A DNA stretch of 64,000 bases, taken from positions 1 through 64,000 of IMG/VR virus record IMGVR_UViG_3300045988_081431; one strand, 5' to 3'. This document shows positions 53,670 through 63,140 of this stretch, piece by piece. A model generated the notes under the pieces. The model was not told where the DNA came from and ran no database searches. It saw only the letters and a program-made list of their open reading frames with translations. Made by a program: the position numbers and the translations under genes. The stretch's first letter is position 1, and the number at the start of each line of letters is the position of its first letter. Source of the stretch: a virus.

Positions 53670-53990
53670 ATGACCTGTAGATTTGGCGGTGGTCGAAAGA
53701 TACCGCAGAAACGAGAGTATTTCATTGACTATGGCGATGGTTTTGACGATGTGTTAGACCGATGTAAGAAATTACATGGGTGTTACAAGTGTAAAACCAA
53801 GCCAATACCAATATTACAACACCAGCGGTCAGCAGATGAACATTGGATATACTTGTGTTGTCCAAAGCATCCCAAGAACCGCACATATATGAATCTGGAC
53901 TATATAGCCATGTTTAGAGCATGGCAGTTTTTACAAAAGATTGGTCGAGAAGAATTGAAGAACGTGAGGCAGGAACAAGGAAATGGATAA
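53670..53990 (+). CDS. hypothetical Cys-rich protein
   Basis: 106 aa with 'CKKLHGCYKC' and 'CCPKH'. CAGGAGG RBS. Confidence 0.55.
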   Translation: MTCRFGGGRKIPQKREYFIDYGDGFDDVLDRCKKLHGCYKCKTKPIPILQHQRSADEHWIYLCCPKHPKNRTYMNLDYIAMFRAWQFLQKIGREELKNVRQEQGNG

Positions 53991-54156
53991 AGAATTGATT
54001 ATTGACATTAGACGAATGATTGACATTTGTTGCTTGTTATTGATGAGTGGTTCATTCATCAGAACATTTGTTTTCAACGACCAAGAATGGCTTGGGGCGA
54101 TGTTCTTAAGCGTTGTAATCTTATGTATGTTCCCAAGAAAGGAGACTAAGAGATGA
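53983..54156 (+). CDS. small membrane protein (57 aa, below ORF-track cutoff)
   Basis: Translation: MDKELIIDIRRMIDICCLLLMSGSFIRTFVFNDQEWLGAMFLSVVILCMFPRKETKR. It overlaps both neighbours, with an ATGA overlap at its 3' end. Confidence 0.4.
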   Translation: MDKELIIDIRRMIDICCLLLMSGSFIRTFVFNDQEWLGAMFLSVVILCMFPRKETKR

Positions 54157-54413
54157 GATTTCATGAAGCATACGAGAAGATGTGCGGTGGCAAGGGCATT
54201 AGACGACACCACTGGCCGCAAACACAATGTCTACGGATGAAAAAAGGTGTGATTTACGTTTGTACCGACCAATGGCACAAGCGGTTGAAATCAATAGATG
54301 CTACATGCATTACTTCATCTGATTGGACAACCACGGACATTCATCCGATTAAAAATACCACAGGCAAACAAGATATGCTTGAGTATTTCCGTAAATTAAA
54401 CAAGACATTATAA
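54153..54413 (+). CDS. DUF2829-like small protein (Tad2-family candidate)
   Basis: 'MRFHEAYEKMCGGKGIRRHHW' at the N-terminus and '...SSDWT' near the C-terminus fit my memory of the DUF2829 signature (M.F.EA...M..GK.iRR..W ... DW). Confidence 0.45.
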   Translation: MRFHEAYEKMCGGKGIRRHHWPQTQCLRMKKGVIYVCTDQWHKRLKSIDATCITSSDWTTTDIHPIKNTTGKQDMLEYFRKLNKTL

Positions 54414-54424
54414 CAGGAGGAAAC

Positions 54425-54823
54425 ATGAAAACATTTGTACGTATCAAAGATAAGGTCTTCGAAGACAGCTACAAGAAATATGACGAAACATCCAATGTGT
54501 TAACCAAGTTGTTAGAGACGTTTGAAGATGACACGTTTCAAACGGTTGAAGACTTACTTGGGTATATATATCTGTTACGTGATAACGTTAGTTCTCGCTA
54601 TAGACCAAAATACGTTCGCTTGCGTAGAATGTTTAAAGCTAAGGGGTTACGACTCAATCAAGTTGCTGCCTATTTGGGTATTAGTCCATCTAGCCTATCC
54701 AATAGCATGAACGGAGAACGATTATTCACTGAAAAAGAAAAAGACGACATCTTTAGATTGCTTGGTTTAACGTATTCATCTCAGATGGATAGGGAGTTAT
54801 TCTATGACGAACTCGATGATTGA
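54425..54823 (+). CDS. HTH (XRE-like) DNA-binding protein
   Basis: The C-terminal half has 'LRLNQVAAYLGISPSSLSNSMNGERLFTEKE'. Confidence 0.5.
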   Translation: MKTFVRIKDKVFEDSYKKYDETSNVLTKLLETFEDDTFQTVEDLLGYIYLLRDNVSSRYRPKYVRLRRMFKAKGLRLNQVAAYLGISPSSLSNSMNGERLFTEKEKDDIFRLLGLTYSSQMDRELFYDELDD

Positions 54824-55517
54824 ACTACATCAATGCGATTGTCGTAACATATTGCCATCCATTAAGACACAACTACAGGAAGAAAACAAGCCATATATCA
54901 TTGTTTCAGACCCTCCGTTCAACATTGGGTACCATTATAATGGCTATCACGACAGAATGAGCGATGGCGATTACAGACAGATGTTAAAACAGGTGTTTAA
55001 CCCATCGCATCCATCTGTATGTATCCATTACCCAGAACAGTTGTATCAACTTGCGATTGATATTGACAGACCACCGACTCGTGTGGTATCATGGGTGTAC
55101 AATACAAACAACCGCAGACAACATCGTGATATTGCGTTCTTTGGTATAATGCCTGATTTTAAACAGGTATTGCAACCGTATAAGAACCCAAACGATAAAC
55201 GGATTAAACGGTTGATTGAAAACGGCTCTAAAGGCACACCGATTTACGATTGGTGGAACATCAATATCGTTAAGAACACCTCACGAGAAAAAACCGAGCA
55301 TCCATGTCAGATGCCATTACAGGTAATGAAAAACATTATTGGTATTCTGCCAGAGGGGTATACCATTATTGACCCATTTATGGGTTCTGGTACAACAGGT
55401 GTTGCAGCCGTTGAATTGGGTCGAGATTTCATCGGTATTGAATTAGACCCATTGTATTTTGATATCGCAAAACAACGGATTTTTAACGCACGAGAAACAC
55501 AGGAGAAAAACATATGA
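54804..55517 (+). CDS. DNA methyltransferase, beta-class N6-adenine/N4-cytosine type
   Basis: Motif IV 'VSDPPFNIGY' precedes motif I 'IDPFMGSGTTGVAAVELGRDFIGIELD'. Confidence 0.75.
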   Translation: MTNSMIELHQCDCRNILPSIKTQLQEENKPYIIVSDPPFNIGYHYNGYHDRMSDGDYRQMLKQVFNPSHPSVCIHYPEQLYQLAIDIDRPPTRVVSWVYNTNNRRQHRDIAFFGIMPDFKQVLQPYKNPNDKRIKRLIENGSKGTPIYDWWNINIVKNTSREKTEHPCQMPLQVMKNIIGILPEGYTIIDPFMGSGTTGVAAVELGRDFIGIELDPLYFDIAKQRIFNARETQEKNI

Positions 55518-56380
55518 CAACCCAACAAGCACTACAACAATTTGAAACGGTCGGTATTGACGGTATGTCAATCGAAGATTTAGACTTGGTGTTCATTCAT
55601 TGGTTAGAAAACCCAAGTCAACACGAAAGCGACATCAAAGAATATATTCTGTTTTGTTCTTTCGGCAATTACGACTTGATTAAACAAGAAGAAATCGTTG
55701 GACATAAATATGTAACACGCAGACATATCTATAAGAACGCCATCACAGATACATACTGGTGTTTACAATTTGAAGAAGAAATGCGTATGCAAGAACGATG
55801 GGATTTCCAATGGTTTGAGGTATATCCAAAGACAAAAACTATTGTTGAATACCACAGAAAGCAGGTGCAACACATGTTTGTGTATGGAGACTTAATTACC
55901 GAAAGACATAACTATTTGGATGCAGTTCATAATATATACATGTTTGTGCAATCTATATGTGTCGACCAAGACCATTGCATTGTGTATGACATCTATCGTA
56001 ACGACCTTGTATTTAAAAGGGTATCTGACTTAGTGTCTCGCAAGAAGTACGTTGGTAACAAGTCATTAGAAATTAATTTATTCAATATAGCCAATTCTAG
56101 TGTCTACTATCAAGTACGCCAGTATATCCTTAGTCAACAAGATATTGCAAAACAAAAGTTTGTATTCTTGAGAGACGTGTTTGACCGTGGAGTCACCATC
56201 CGAGTCAATGGTTGTCACTTTAGACCAACAGGCGTATATTTTAGACCAAACAATTATGTATATTGGCAAGATATGATTGTGTTTACAGGTTATAGTCAAG
56301 TCGGTCATAACGACACGATTCACTTGTCAACATTGTTGCCGAATTGCCAATATTTACAAAAACTAGTGGAGATAGACTAA
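55514..56380 (+). CDS. hypothetical protein
   Basis: 288-aa ORF with a CAGGAGA RBS and an ATGA overlap. Confidence 0.55.
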   Translation: MTTQQALQQFETVGIDGMSIEDLDLVFIHWLENPSQHESDIKEYILFCSFGNYDLIKQEEIVGHKYVTRRHIYKNAITDTYWCLQFEEEMRMQERWDFQWFEVYPKTKTIVEYHRKQVQHMFVYGDLITERHNYLDAVHNIYMFVQSICVDQDHCIVYDIYRNDLVFKRVSDLVSRKKYVGNKSLEINLFNIANSSVYYQVRQYILSQQDIAKQKFVFLRDVFDRGVTIRVNGCHFRPTGVYFRPNNYVYWQDMIVFTGYSQVGHNDTIHLSTLLPNCQYLQKLVEID

Positions 56381-56607
56381 TGAAGTACGGTGGCTATACA
56401 ATAGACAATGACAATATCATGCACAAGGTTATGGCTGTAGATACATACGAAGAGGCTTGCAAACAACTGCAAAAGCTATGTATGGAACATAACTGTTATC
56501 AAATAGGATATGCCGTTGGGCCGCATGAGGATGAAGACGGTAAAATATTCTATTTTGAATACCTTGATACATACAGAATGGATGAATACGGAGAATGGGT
56601 CGGATGA
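56380..56607 (+). CDS. hypothetical protein
   Basis: 75 aa from ATG 56380 (TAATG overlap). Confidence 0.45.
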   Translation: MKYGGYTIDNDNIMHKVMAVDTYEEACKQLQKLCMEHNCYQIGYAVGPHEDEDGKIFYFEYLDTYRMDEYGEWVG

Positions 56608-56628
56608 AAACACAATACAGGAGAACTA

Positions 56629-56856
56629 ATGTACAAACTTGAATGGCAAGACACACGAACATACGAAATGAAGCACCATGGTCTATTCGAGACCGAAGCC
56701 GATGCCCTACAAGCGATTAAAGAGTGGTGGAATTATAATGGTTTCACACCACCGTATTATCGTATTATGCATAATCCATTGGGTATCACGGTTGACTATG
56801 GGTCACACTATTGTTTTTACCATATTACACAGGAGGAAGACGAATGTCAGAACTAA
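56629..56856 (+). CDS. hypothetical protein
   Basis: 75-aa ORF with a CAGGAGA RBS. Confidence 0.5.
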   Translation: MYKLEWQDTRTYEMKHHGLFETEADALQAIKEWWNYNGFTPPYYRIMHNPLGITVDYGSHYCFYHITQEEDECQN

Positions 56857-57227
56857 TGGAAGCATACCAACGGACACATGAGACGATGGGCACTATTGCA
56901 AAAAACGTAGGCAAGAATAACGAAACATTACAAACCGCAACCCTCCAACTAGGAGAATACTCAAGCACTATAGATGAACACCATAAACAAATTGAGGTTC
57001 TTTCAAAAACACAAGATGCTCATAGAGACTCTATTTCAAGCCTGCACGAGTCAACAGCAATGTTATTACAGGTTGCACAAATGCATACCGAGCGAATAGA
57101 CTTACTGGGTGCACGAGTCACAGACTTAGAGAAGCAGATGCATAAAACACATAAGCAAATCTTTTGGTATTTAATTGCAGTTATTGTGATTAATTGCGGT
57201 TCGTTTGTGTATTGGCTAACGAGATAA
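56844..57227 (+). CDS. tail-anchored coiled-coil membrane protein
   Basis: 127 aa from ATG 56844 after a CAGGAGG RBS. Heptad-rich body and a C-terminal TM 'IFWYLIAVIVINCGSFVYWL'. Confidence 0.5.
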   Translation: MSELMEAYQRTHETMGTIAKNVGKNNETLQTATLQLGEYSSTIDEHHKQIEVLSKTQDAHRDSISSLHESTAMLLQVAQMHTERIDLLGARVTDLEKQMHKTHKQIFWYLIAVIVINCGSFVYWLTR

Positions 57228-57242
57228 CACAGGGGGCAATAC

Positions 57243-57407
57243 ATGAGGCAAACAGTAAAAATAATACATCCCAATAACTCAGTAGGACTTGAGTACATTT
57301 TAAATGACTATATTTCTATTGGATGGTCGGTTGTAAACATTACACCGTTTACAGGAGAAGATGGTCTTATGTCATATATAGTGGTATTTCAAAATACGGA
57401 GGAATAA
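57243..57407 (+). CDS. small hypothetical protein (54 aa, below ORF-track cutoff)
   Basis: Translation: MRQTVKIIHPNNSVGLEYILNDYISIGWSVVNITPFTGEDGLMSYIVVFQNTEE. CAGGGGG RBS, and the stop overlaps the next ATG (TAATG). Confidence 0.45.
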   Translation: MRQTVKIIHPNNSVGLEYILNDYISIGWSVVNITPFTGEDGLMSYIVVFQNTEE

Positions 57408-57865
57408 TGAAGTATTCTCTAGGCGACCTAGTATTGTATCATAACAAACCAGCCATAGTCGTAACAGAACAAATGTTGGGCGACTTGATTATTATACAAG
57501 ATAATCACTTAATTACAGGCGTACTAAAAGAAGATGCCCATTATATTGGGAAATCTTCGTTTAACGAAAGTGTTTCTAAGATGTTAGAGCAAGTCGATAA
57601 AGCCAGACAAGAACATATCGGCTGTAATGTATTATTCATTGTTAAAGAACTTGAGTCTTGTCTCATAGCGGTCAATGGTGTAAAATATATGATGGCTGGC
57701 GATTACAAACAAGTGAATAACAAATATTATATCTTGGTAACAGATAACCAATGTCAACAACATTGGGTTGAACTATCGTCTTTTCTATTGGGTGCATTAG
57801 GTGAACCGACAGGAGGTATCAATGAATTATCTACGGATGCTACAGAAGAAATTACTACAGACTGA
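57407..57865 (+). CDS. hypothetical protein
   Basis: 152 aa from ATG 57407 after a GGAGG RBS. Confidence 0.5.
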   Translation: MKYSLGDLVLYHNKPAIVVTEQMLGDLIIIQDNHLITGVLKEDAHYIGKSSFNESVSKMLEQVDKARQEHIGCNVLFIVKELESCLIAVNGVKYMMAGDYKQVNNKYYILVTDNQCQQHWVELSSFLLGALGEPTGGINELSTDATEEITTD

Positions 57866-58178
57866 GCAAAAAGTTAAACAAAGGACTCATGCCATCGACC
57901 AACTTGTGAGTGGACAAACGGCGGCAAACCAACGGTCTATTGCAAACACAAAAGCAATCAGAGAGTTGCGAGCGATGATTAAAGACACACAGTCGATTAT
58001 GATTGATACCAACATTGATAACCGACTCAAGTTCCGTTCTATTGCTAATGAGGCACAGAAAAACAAGCGTACAATCTTATGGCTTAAAGCGTGGCTATTA
58101 GGATTGACACTATTTAATGTCATTATGATGGTCGCTATTACCATTTATATGCTAACACAGGAGGTGCAGGTTTTATGA
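57822..58178 (+). CDS. tail-anchored coiled-coil membrane protein
   Basis: 118 aa from ATG 57822 after a CAGGAGG RBS. C-terminal TM 'WLLGLTLFNVIMMVAITIYML'. Confidence 0.5.
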   Translation: MNYLRMLQKKLLQTEQKVKQRTHAIDQLVSGQTAANQRSIANTKAIRELRAMIKDTQSIMIDTNIDNRLKFRSIANEAQKNKRTILWLKAWLLGLTLFNVIMMVAITIYMLTQEVQVL

Positions 58179-58837
58179 AAGTAGAACTACAGAATTACAC
58201 ACCACTCAATACCGCAACACATGCTATGGGTCAATGTTATGGTAAGGAATTAACAGAGGATGCCCTCGTTAGAGCCATTCATAGTGGACACTTGTCTTTA
58301 CTTGAGCATACATTAGTAACATTCGATATTGAAATGTCACAGAAATGCCTTGCACAAATCACTCGACACAGACATTTGTCTTTCACCGTGAAGTCTACAC
58401 GGGGTACAGACTTTGGCGATGCATCATGGTTTGATTCCACAGAACATCCAGAGATTACAAACGACATGGGTCAGCTAATGAATAAGCTAGTGGAGAACCA
58501 AATTCTTGAATACAGACGTTTGGTTGATGCAGGTGTTCCCTATCAAGTTGCATCATATGTATTACCATTGGCAACTAATGTTACCATGACCGTGAGTGGC
58601 TCTTTACGTACTTGGATGGAGTATCTGCCTAAAAGGTTATGCAAGAGAGCATCCACAGAACACCAACAAGTGGCACGAGCGATTTTTGAACGCTTGAATT
58701 ACTTGTATCCATCTTTGGTGAATTTACAAACGCTTGGCATGTGTGAGTCCTGTAAAGAGACATCTTGCGACTTTACCACACATAAAAAGAAACCGAAGAC
58801 ACCTGTTCGAAAGGAACTAGAAAATGGAAACGCTTAA
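58175..58837 (+). CDS. thyX: flavin-dependent thymidylate synthase
   Basis: ThyX signature 'RHRHLSFTVKSTR' (RHRxxS), 'HLSLLEH', and 220 aa. Confidence 0.85.
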   Translation: MKVELQNYTPLNTATHAMGQCYGKELTEDALVRAIHSGHLSLLEHTLVTFDIEMSQKCLAQITRHRHLSFTVKSTRGTDFGDASWFDSTEHPEITNDMGQLMNKLVENQILEYRRLVDAGVPYQVASYVLPLATNVTMTVSGSLRTWMEYLPKRLCKRASTEHQQVARAIFERLNYLYPSLVNLQTLGMCESCKETSCDFTTHKKKPKTPVRKELENGNA

Positions 58838-58997
58838 AGATGGTACAGTTGTACAATTTTTTAACGATAAAGACCAAGAATTGGTCGGTGAAATTAAGTT
58901 ATATAACCCAATAGGTAACTTCTATTTGGTGCAAGCTGAAATTAACGGTCGTGTTTGGTATATACCATCCGAACGCATTATTAAACAATGGAGTTAA
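58824..58997 (+). CDS. small hypothetical protein (57 aa, below ORF-track cutoff)
   Basis: Translation: METLKDGTVVQFFNDKDQELVGEIKLYNPIGNFYLVQAEINGRVWYIPSERIIKQWS. It fills the gap between thyX and the next gene. Confidence 0.45.
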   Translation: METLKDGTVVQFFNDKDQELVGEIKLYNPIGNFYLVQAEINGRVWYIPSERIIKQWS

Positions 58998-59001
58998 ACA
59001 T

Positions 59002-59253
59002 ATGAGATTATTGACAGCTATTATAGGTGCAATTCTTGCGGTTGCAATCGTTGTTCTTAGTATTGTCGCAAAGTTATCATGGCTTGCGGTTGCGATTGCG
59101 TTCGTTCTAGCACTTATTGGTATCGCAGGTGTAACCATGGCAATCGCATGGACTGTTCTTTGGTTTGCTGCAAAGATTACACTTGCGTTTATTATTTGTT
59201 TGTTGGTCGTTGGACTCATGGGAATGGAGGATAGTAATGGAAAAGGTTTATAA
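59002..59253 (+). CDS. small membrane protein
   Basis: 83 aa from ATG 59002 after a GGAG RBS, with three hydrophobic segments. Confidence 0.55.
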   Translation: MRLLTAIIGAILAVAIVVLSIVAKLSWLAVAIAFVLALIGIAGVTMAIAWTVLWFAAKITLAFIICLLVVGLMGMEDSNGKGL

Positions 59254-59467
59254 TGTTACATTTAGCGGTACATTCTACGGTGAAGCACGGATTACCGCCC
59301 ATAGCGAAGAAGAAGCATATGAGATTGCATCTGATTTAACAGATTGTTTCGACATTAATACAACTATTTGTCAATACGATGTGGATGGTCAGGTCGAAGA
59401 AGTCCATGTTAGCGATATTGAGTTGGAAGACTTAGATTACGAGGAAGACTATGAAGAAGATATATAA
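59237..59467 (+). CDS. hypothetical acidic protein
   Basis: 76 aa from ATG 59237 after a GGAGG RBS. Confidence 0.5.
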   Translation: MEKVYNVTFSGTFYGEARITAHSEEEAYEIASDLTDCFDINTTICQYDVDGQVEEVHVSDIELEDLDYEEDYEEDI

Positions 59468-59735
59468 GTTTTCTAATAGAGACAACAAATTGTCTAATAG
59501 TGAACACGAGTTGCATGTCGGAGATGTATTCCTTTGGGAAGACAAACCTGTATTGATATACAAAGAGACACTCAAGACGTATCGTGTAATCTATGTGGTG
59601 TCAGGCGATTGTTTTTCAACATCAACAATACAAAAGAAAGACATCATTGGTCGATATATCACGTTATACGAACACACCAATCTGAATTTGTTATTAGTGA
59701 CACTCAAAGAAAGGATGCACAAGTACAATGTTTGA
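59451..59735 (+). CDS. hypothetical protein
   Basis: 94-aa ORF. Confidence 0.5.
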   Translation: MKKIYKFSNRDNKLSNSEHELHVGDVFLWEDKPVLIYKETLKTYRVIYVVSGDCFSTSTIQKKDIIGRYITLYEHTNLNLLLVTLKERMHKYNV

Positions 59736-60039
59736 CGTCAAAGATATGTTCAATCTTGTGTCAGTCAATGGTTTCACATATGATTACACCGACAAACAAT
59801 TCACAATCGTTGTTAACCAAGAGGTTGCATTTGACGACAACGCAACAATAACCCTTATGTATCATGCCTTTGTGATACGATTGAAAGACGGTCGGTTGGT
59901 ATATGAATGTTCTTATGAAGACCACCCAGATGGTATCATTGATTGTGAATATCATGTATACACCGAGTTTGAAATCAATCAAATTGATTGGTTTTTGGAA
60001 GACTTTTATAAACACTTACAGGAGACCATAGATGAATAA
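59728..60039 (+). CDS. hypothetical protein
   Basis: 103-aa ORF. Confidence 0.5.
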   Translation: MFDVKDMFNLVSVNGFTYDYTDKQFTIVVNQEVAFDDNATITLMYHAFVIRLKDGRLVYECSYEDHPDGIIDCEYHVYTEFEINQIDWFLEDFYKHLQETIDE

Positions 60040-60457
60040 ACACACCCCAACAGTCGGAGACATCTACTTAGACGATACTGGATACACCATAATTATCTTC
60101 CGAATCGATACCGATGGTGAGCATTATGTTATGTTTGACGATGGCTCTTTCGATTCGTTATACGATATTACAGATGAGTATACATACATTGGACACTATG
60201 ATGTAAAACAACTGTTTGAAGCCATGAGAGATGCTGAGAAGAAATACATGGACATCGACAAACAAGTGTTATCCGCAGTACAATACATGAACAAGCATGT
60301 GTTTGACCGAGACAAGAATGCCAGATTGGTCGGTTGTGACATGCGTGTGGATAAAGACATTGACACGGTGTTCATCCAAGTGTATTCACAAATCGGTGCA
60401 GGCTATCAATGGGTATCCGTGGCAGATATAATGAACGAATACACGTTAAAACAATAA
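60032..60457 (+). CDS. hypothetical protein
   Basis: 141-aa ORF with a CAGGAGA RBS. Confidence 0.55.
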   Translation: MNKHTPTVGDIYLDDTGYTIIIFRIDTDGEHYVMFDDGSFDSLYDITDEYTYIGHYDVKQLFEAMRDAEKKYMDIDKQVLSAVQYMNKHVFDRDKNARLVGCDMRVDKDIDTVFIQVYSQIGAGYQWVSVADIMNEYTLKQ

Positions 60458-60492
60458 CAAAATAAAAAAATAAAAATTTGTCAAAATAATTG

Positions 60493-60521
60493 TTGACACA
60501 CAAAACCCCAACTGATATAAT
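60493..60521 (+). promoter_or_regulatory. sigma70-type promoter
   Basis: TTGACA, 17-nt spacer, TATAAT, preceded by A-rich UP-like DNA. Confidence 0.7.
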
Positions 60522-60600
60522 GTAATCAACAGGTAGAGAAAAACACCTGAGAAACATTAAACGGTCTGGGGTTTTATTTATAACGAAAGGCAGGAAACAT

Positions 60601-60801
60601 ATGAACCCAAGAAATGAAATTCGCAGAAATTGTGATGAACGCACAAGAACAATCAAACAGTCAACACAAGATGGTATTCGCTTGACACCGCAAGAACAAC
60701 AGTCGGCAAGAACATTAATTGGTAACGCCATTAAATGGGATTGCGATAGTGCAGCATTTGCCTTGAGTGTGGCTTTGGAAGAAAACTTGGTGGTGGTCTA
60801 A
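60601..60801 (+). CDS. hypothetical protein
   Basis: 66-aa ORF with an AAAGGCAGG RBS. Confidence 0.5.
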   Translation: MNPRNEIRRNCDERTRTIKQSTQDGIRLTPQEQQSARTLIGNAIKWDCDSAAFALSVALEENLVVV

Positions 60802-60802
60802 C

Positions 60803-61018
60803 GTGCAACCAACAGAAAAGGAATTAAAGAAAATTACCAAGTCAATCAAAGCTGGTCGCAAGTTATTAAAACAGGCTGAAAAGCCAAAGAAGACCAAAGA
60901 ACAATTACAAGAATTATGGCAAGAACAAGCCAAATTATTACACGACCCATACTGTGCATGGTATTGTGCAATGGTGCGTGACATTATTAGAAATGAATTA
61001 AATGAACAGGAGAAATAA
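60803..61018 (+). CDS. hypothetical protein
   Basis: 71 aa from GTG 60803. The start is uncertain. Confidence 0.4.
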   Translation: MQPTEKELKKITKSIKAGRKLLKQAEKPKKTKEQLQELWQEQAKLLHDPYCAWYCAMVRDIIRNELNEQEK

Positions 61019-61020
61019 TT

Positions 61021-61338
61021 ATGCTTTTTAAATTAAGTTTAGACACAAACACTACCTTTATTAAGACATTTACGTTTGATGCGACAAAATCTCAAATCAT
61101 TATTTTGGATAATGAATTATCTAACATGGTAATTAAAGTACCTGTAAGTCGAATTGATGCCGTATTATTATCTAAGATGTTTAATACACTAACTCATCAA
61201 CTAATGGAAGATGCCGTAGTAACAAACAAAGGTTATGTGTACATTAACTTGCGAGCCTTTATTTCAAACTACGAGGCTGCATTAGAAGACAAACAGACCT
61301 CCAAGGGTCGCACACAACGCAAAACATATGAGTTCTAA
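61021..61338 (+). CDS. hypothetical protein
   Basis: 105-aa ORF with a CAGGAGA RBS. Confidence 0.5.
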   Translation: MLFKLSLDTNTTFIKTFTFDATKSQIIILDNELSNMVIKVPVSRIDAVLLSKMFNTLTHQLMEDAVVTNKGYVYINLRAFISNYEAALEDKQTSKGRTQRKTYEF

Positions 61339-61350
61339 TGGAGGTACCCT

Positions 61351-61629
61351 ATGTCTAAATTACCAGAATTTCTACAGGGAAAATCTTGCTTCGATGGTAG
61401 ACCGCACCCAGCAGTACCAGAAGAATTTCTAAAGGGGTTCTACCAACGAGAAGCCGAACGCAGAAAACATATGAAACAATGCGAGTATTGTGGTCGTTGG
61501 TTTAAACCCTGCAGCCATAACCAAAAGTATTGTACAACGACTTGTAAACAAAAGCACTACAGTCAGATATATAACGAGCAAAAAGAATTATTGATTAATG
61601 AAGAACTACAGAATGGAGATTGGATGTAA
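61351..61629 (+). CDS. zinc-ribbon-like small protein
   Basis: 92 aa with 'CEYCGRWFKPCSHNQKYCTTTC'. GGAGG RBS. Confidence 0.5.
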   Translation: MSKLPEFLQGKSCFDGRPHPAVPEEFLKGFYQREAERRKHMKQCEYCGRWFKPCSHNQKYCTTTCKQKHYSQIYNEQKELLINEELQNGDWM

Positions 61630-62039
61630 TGGACACTAAAAATATTTTGGTAAATTCTATGGCAGGTTATCCGCTGACATTGTATATTGACCGTATGGCA
61701 GATAACATCGGTTCTCACAAAGAGGACAACATTGTATTAAATCATTTGCGATACTCTTTGTATCAACTATTGTTGGATGCTATTGGGGAACATTCGTTGT
61801 CATTTGAATTGTTACAACAACAGGTTGCCGAATGGAAAACTATTAAGACAATCAAAGATATTACATTGTTGTTGCCTAATGCAGATACTGAACAATTAAC
61901 AAAAGAAGACTTAAAATGTGTGAAACAGGTCGTCAAGGAACTAGACCAAGCGGTAACATTGGTTAAAAAACAGTTGGAAGTCGTGTGCGATAAATGTATA
62001 TCGCTTGCTGATAAACATGAGAAACCACAGGAGGTCTAG
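61629..62039 (+). CDS. hypothetical protein
   Basis: 136 aa from ATG 61629 (TAATG overlap). Confidence 0.5.
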   Translation: MDTKNILVNSMAGYPLTLYIDRMADNIGSHKEDNIVLNHLRYSLYQLLLDAIGEHSLSFELLQQQVAEWKTIKTIKDITLLLPNADTEQLTKEDLKCVKQVVKELDQAVTLVKKQLEVVCDKCISLADKHEKPQEV

Positions 62040-62040
62040 G

Positions 62041-62349
62041 GTGGATACACAAGCACTATATAGAACAATCGAAGAACAAAACCAAGTGATTATCGCCAAA
62101 GACGGCTATATCCAAGAATTGCAACAACAGTTGGAAAAAACAAAGGATAAACTGAATGATGCAAGATGGGAGATTTCATGTCAAAAGTTTGACAAGAAAT
62201 GGGCATCCGAAGCAATTCGACAAAAAGCAGTTCATGTTATTGGTGGCTTTGAATATGGCACTCGGTATATGCCAATGGAACTGATTGTTATAACCGTTAT
62301 TGTAACAATTTTACTGACATTTGCTGTGACACGACAAGCGTTTTTATAA
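62041..62349 (+). CDS. tail-anchored coiled-coil membrane protein
   Basis: 102 aa from GTG 62041 after a CAGGAGG RBS. C-terminal TM 'MELIVITVIVTILLTFAV'. Confidence 0.45.
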   Translation: MDTQALYRTIEEQNQVIIAKDGYIQELQQQLEKTKDKLNDARWEISCQKFDKKWASEAIRQKAVHVIGGFEYGTRYMPMELIVITVIVTILLTFAVTRQAFL

Positions 62350-62363
62350 CACAGGAGGAATAA

Positions 62364-62591
62364 ATGGATACATACAGGATTCATGTCACTTACGGTGCTA
62401 TAGAGCATTATTTGACGTATAAGACGGACAAAACATTAAGTGAATTACAGTACATGATTCACATTGAGACTTCCGATAATACAGCTTTTTACCTGTTTGA
62501 AAGTTGTAATGATGCAACTAATAAGGTTTATGGTTTAAATCTATCTAGGGCAGATGCCATCAATATATATCAGGTAAACACTAATGAATGA
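62364..62591 (+). CDS. hypothetical protein
   Basis: 75-aa ORF with a CAGGAGG RBS. Confidence 0.5.
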   Translation: MDTYRIHVTYGAIEHYLTYKTDKTLSELQYMIHIETSDNTAFYLFESCNDATNKVYGLNLSRADAINIYQVNTNE

Positions 62592-62726
62592 TAGATACAG
62601 ACAACGTAAAAAGATTTTACACAGGAATTATGACTTGTTAATTTTGCATCTAATGGCTATGTTAGATGAAGAAACCAAAGAATATATTCGTCAAGTTGTA
62701 AAACGCTTAACAACAGGAGAAAACAT

Positions 62727-63140
62727 ATGAAAACCAAAAACGACTCCATGGGAACACTAAAATTAAAACTAGAGATTACTCCAGAGAACATCGAACACCT
62801 TAGGGCATTGTTTGTAAAGCCTGAAAATAAGATTTCTAGTGGTGTTCCGACCATGCTATTTAATGGCAAGCCTGTAAATAGTTCTGTAGAAGATTTACCA
62901 ACTATTGCTACGCTAAACACTAAATACGGTTATCTCAGAGATGGCGATACAGCTATTGCACGTTCTAATGATAAACATGTTTATGTCGGTGTAGTCACTA
63001 GATTTACAGAAAAGACAATATATGTTAAAAATGTAATTTATGCTTTTGTTAATGAGTCAACAAATAACATTGGTATTCAATGTTTCAGCACTCATAGCTT
63101 TCCTGTTCAGGAGTTATGTGGTATAACCAAATGCCAATAA
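62727..63140 (+). CDS. hypothetical protein (last gene before the ORF-free right end)
   Basis: 137-aa ORF with a CAGGAGA RBS. Confidence 0.55.
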   Translation: MKTKNDSMGTLKLKLEITPENIEHLRALFVKPENKISSGVPTMLFNGKPVNSSVEDLPTIATLNTKYGYLRDGDTAIARSNDKHVYVGVVTRFTEKTIYVKNVIYAFVNESTNNIGIQCFSTHSFPVQELCGITKCQ

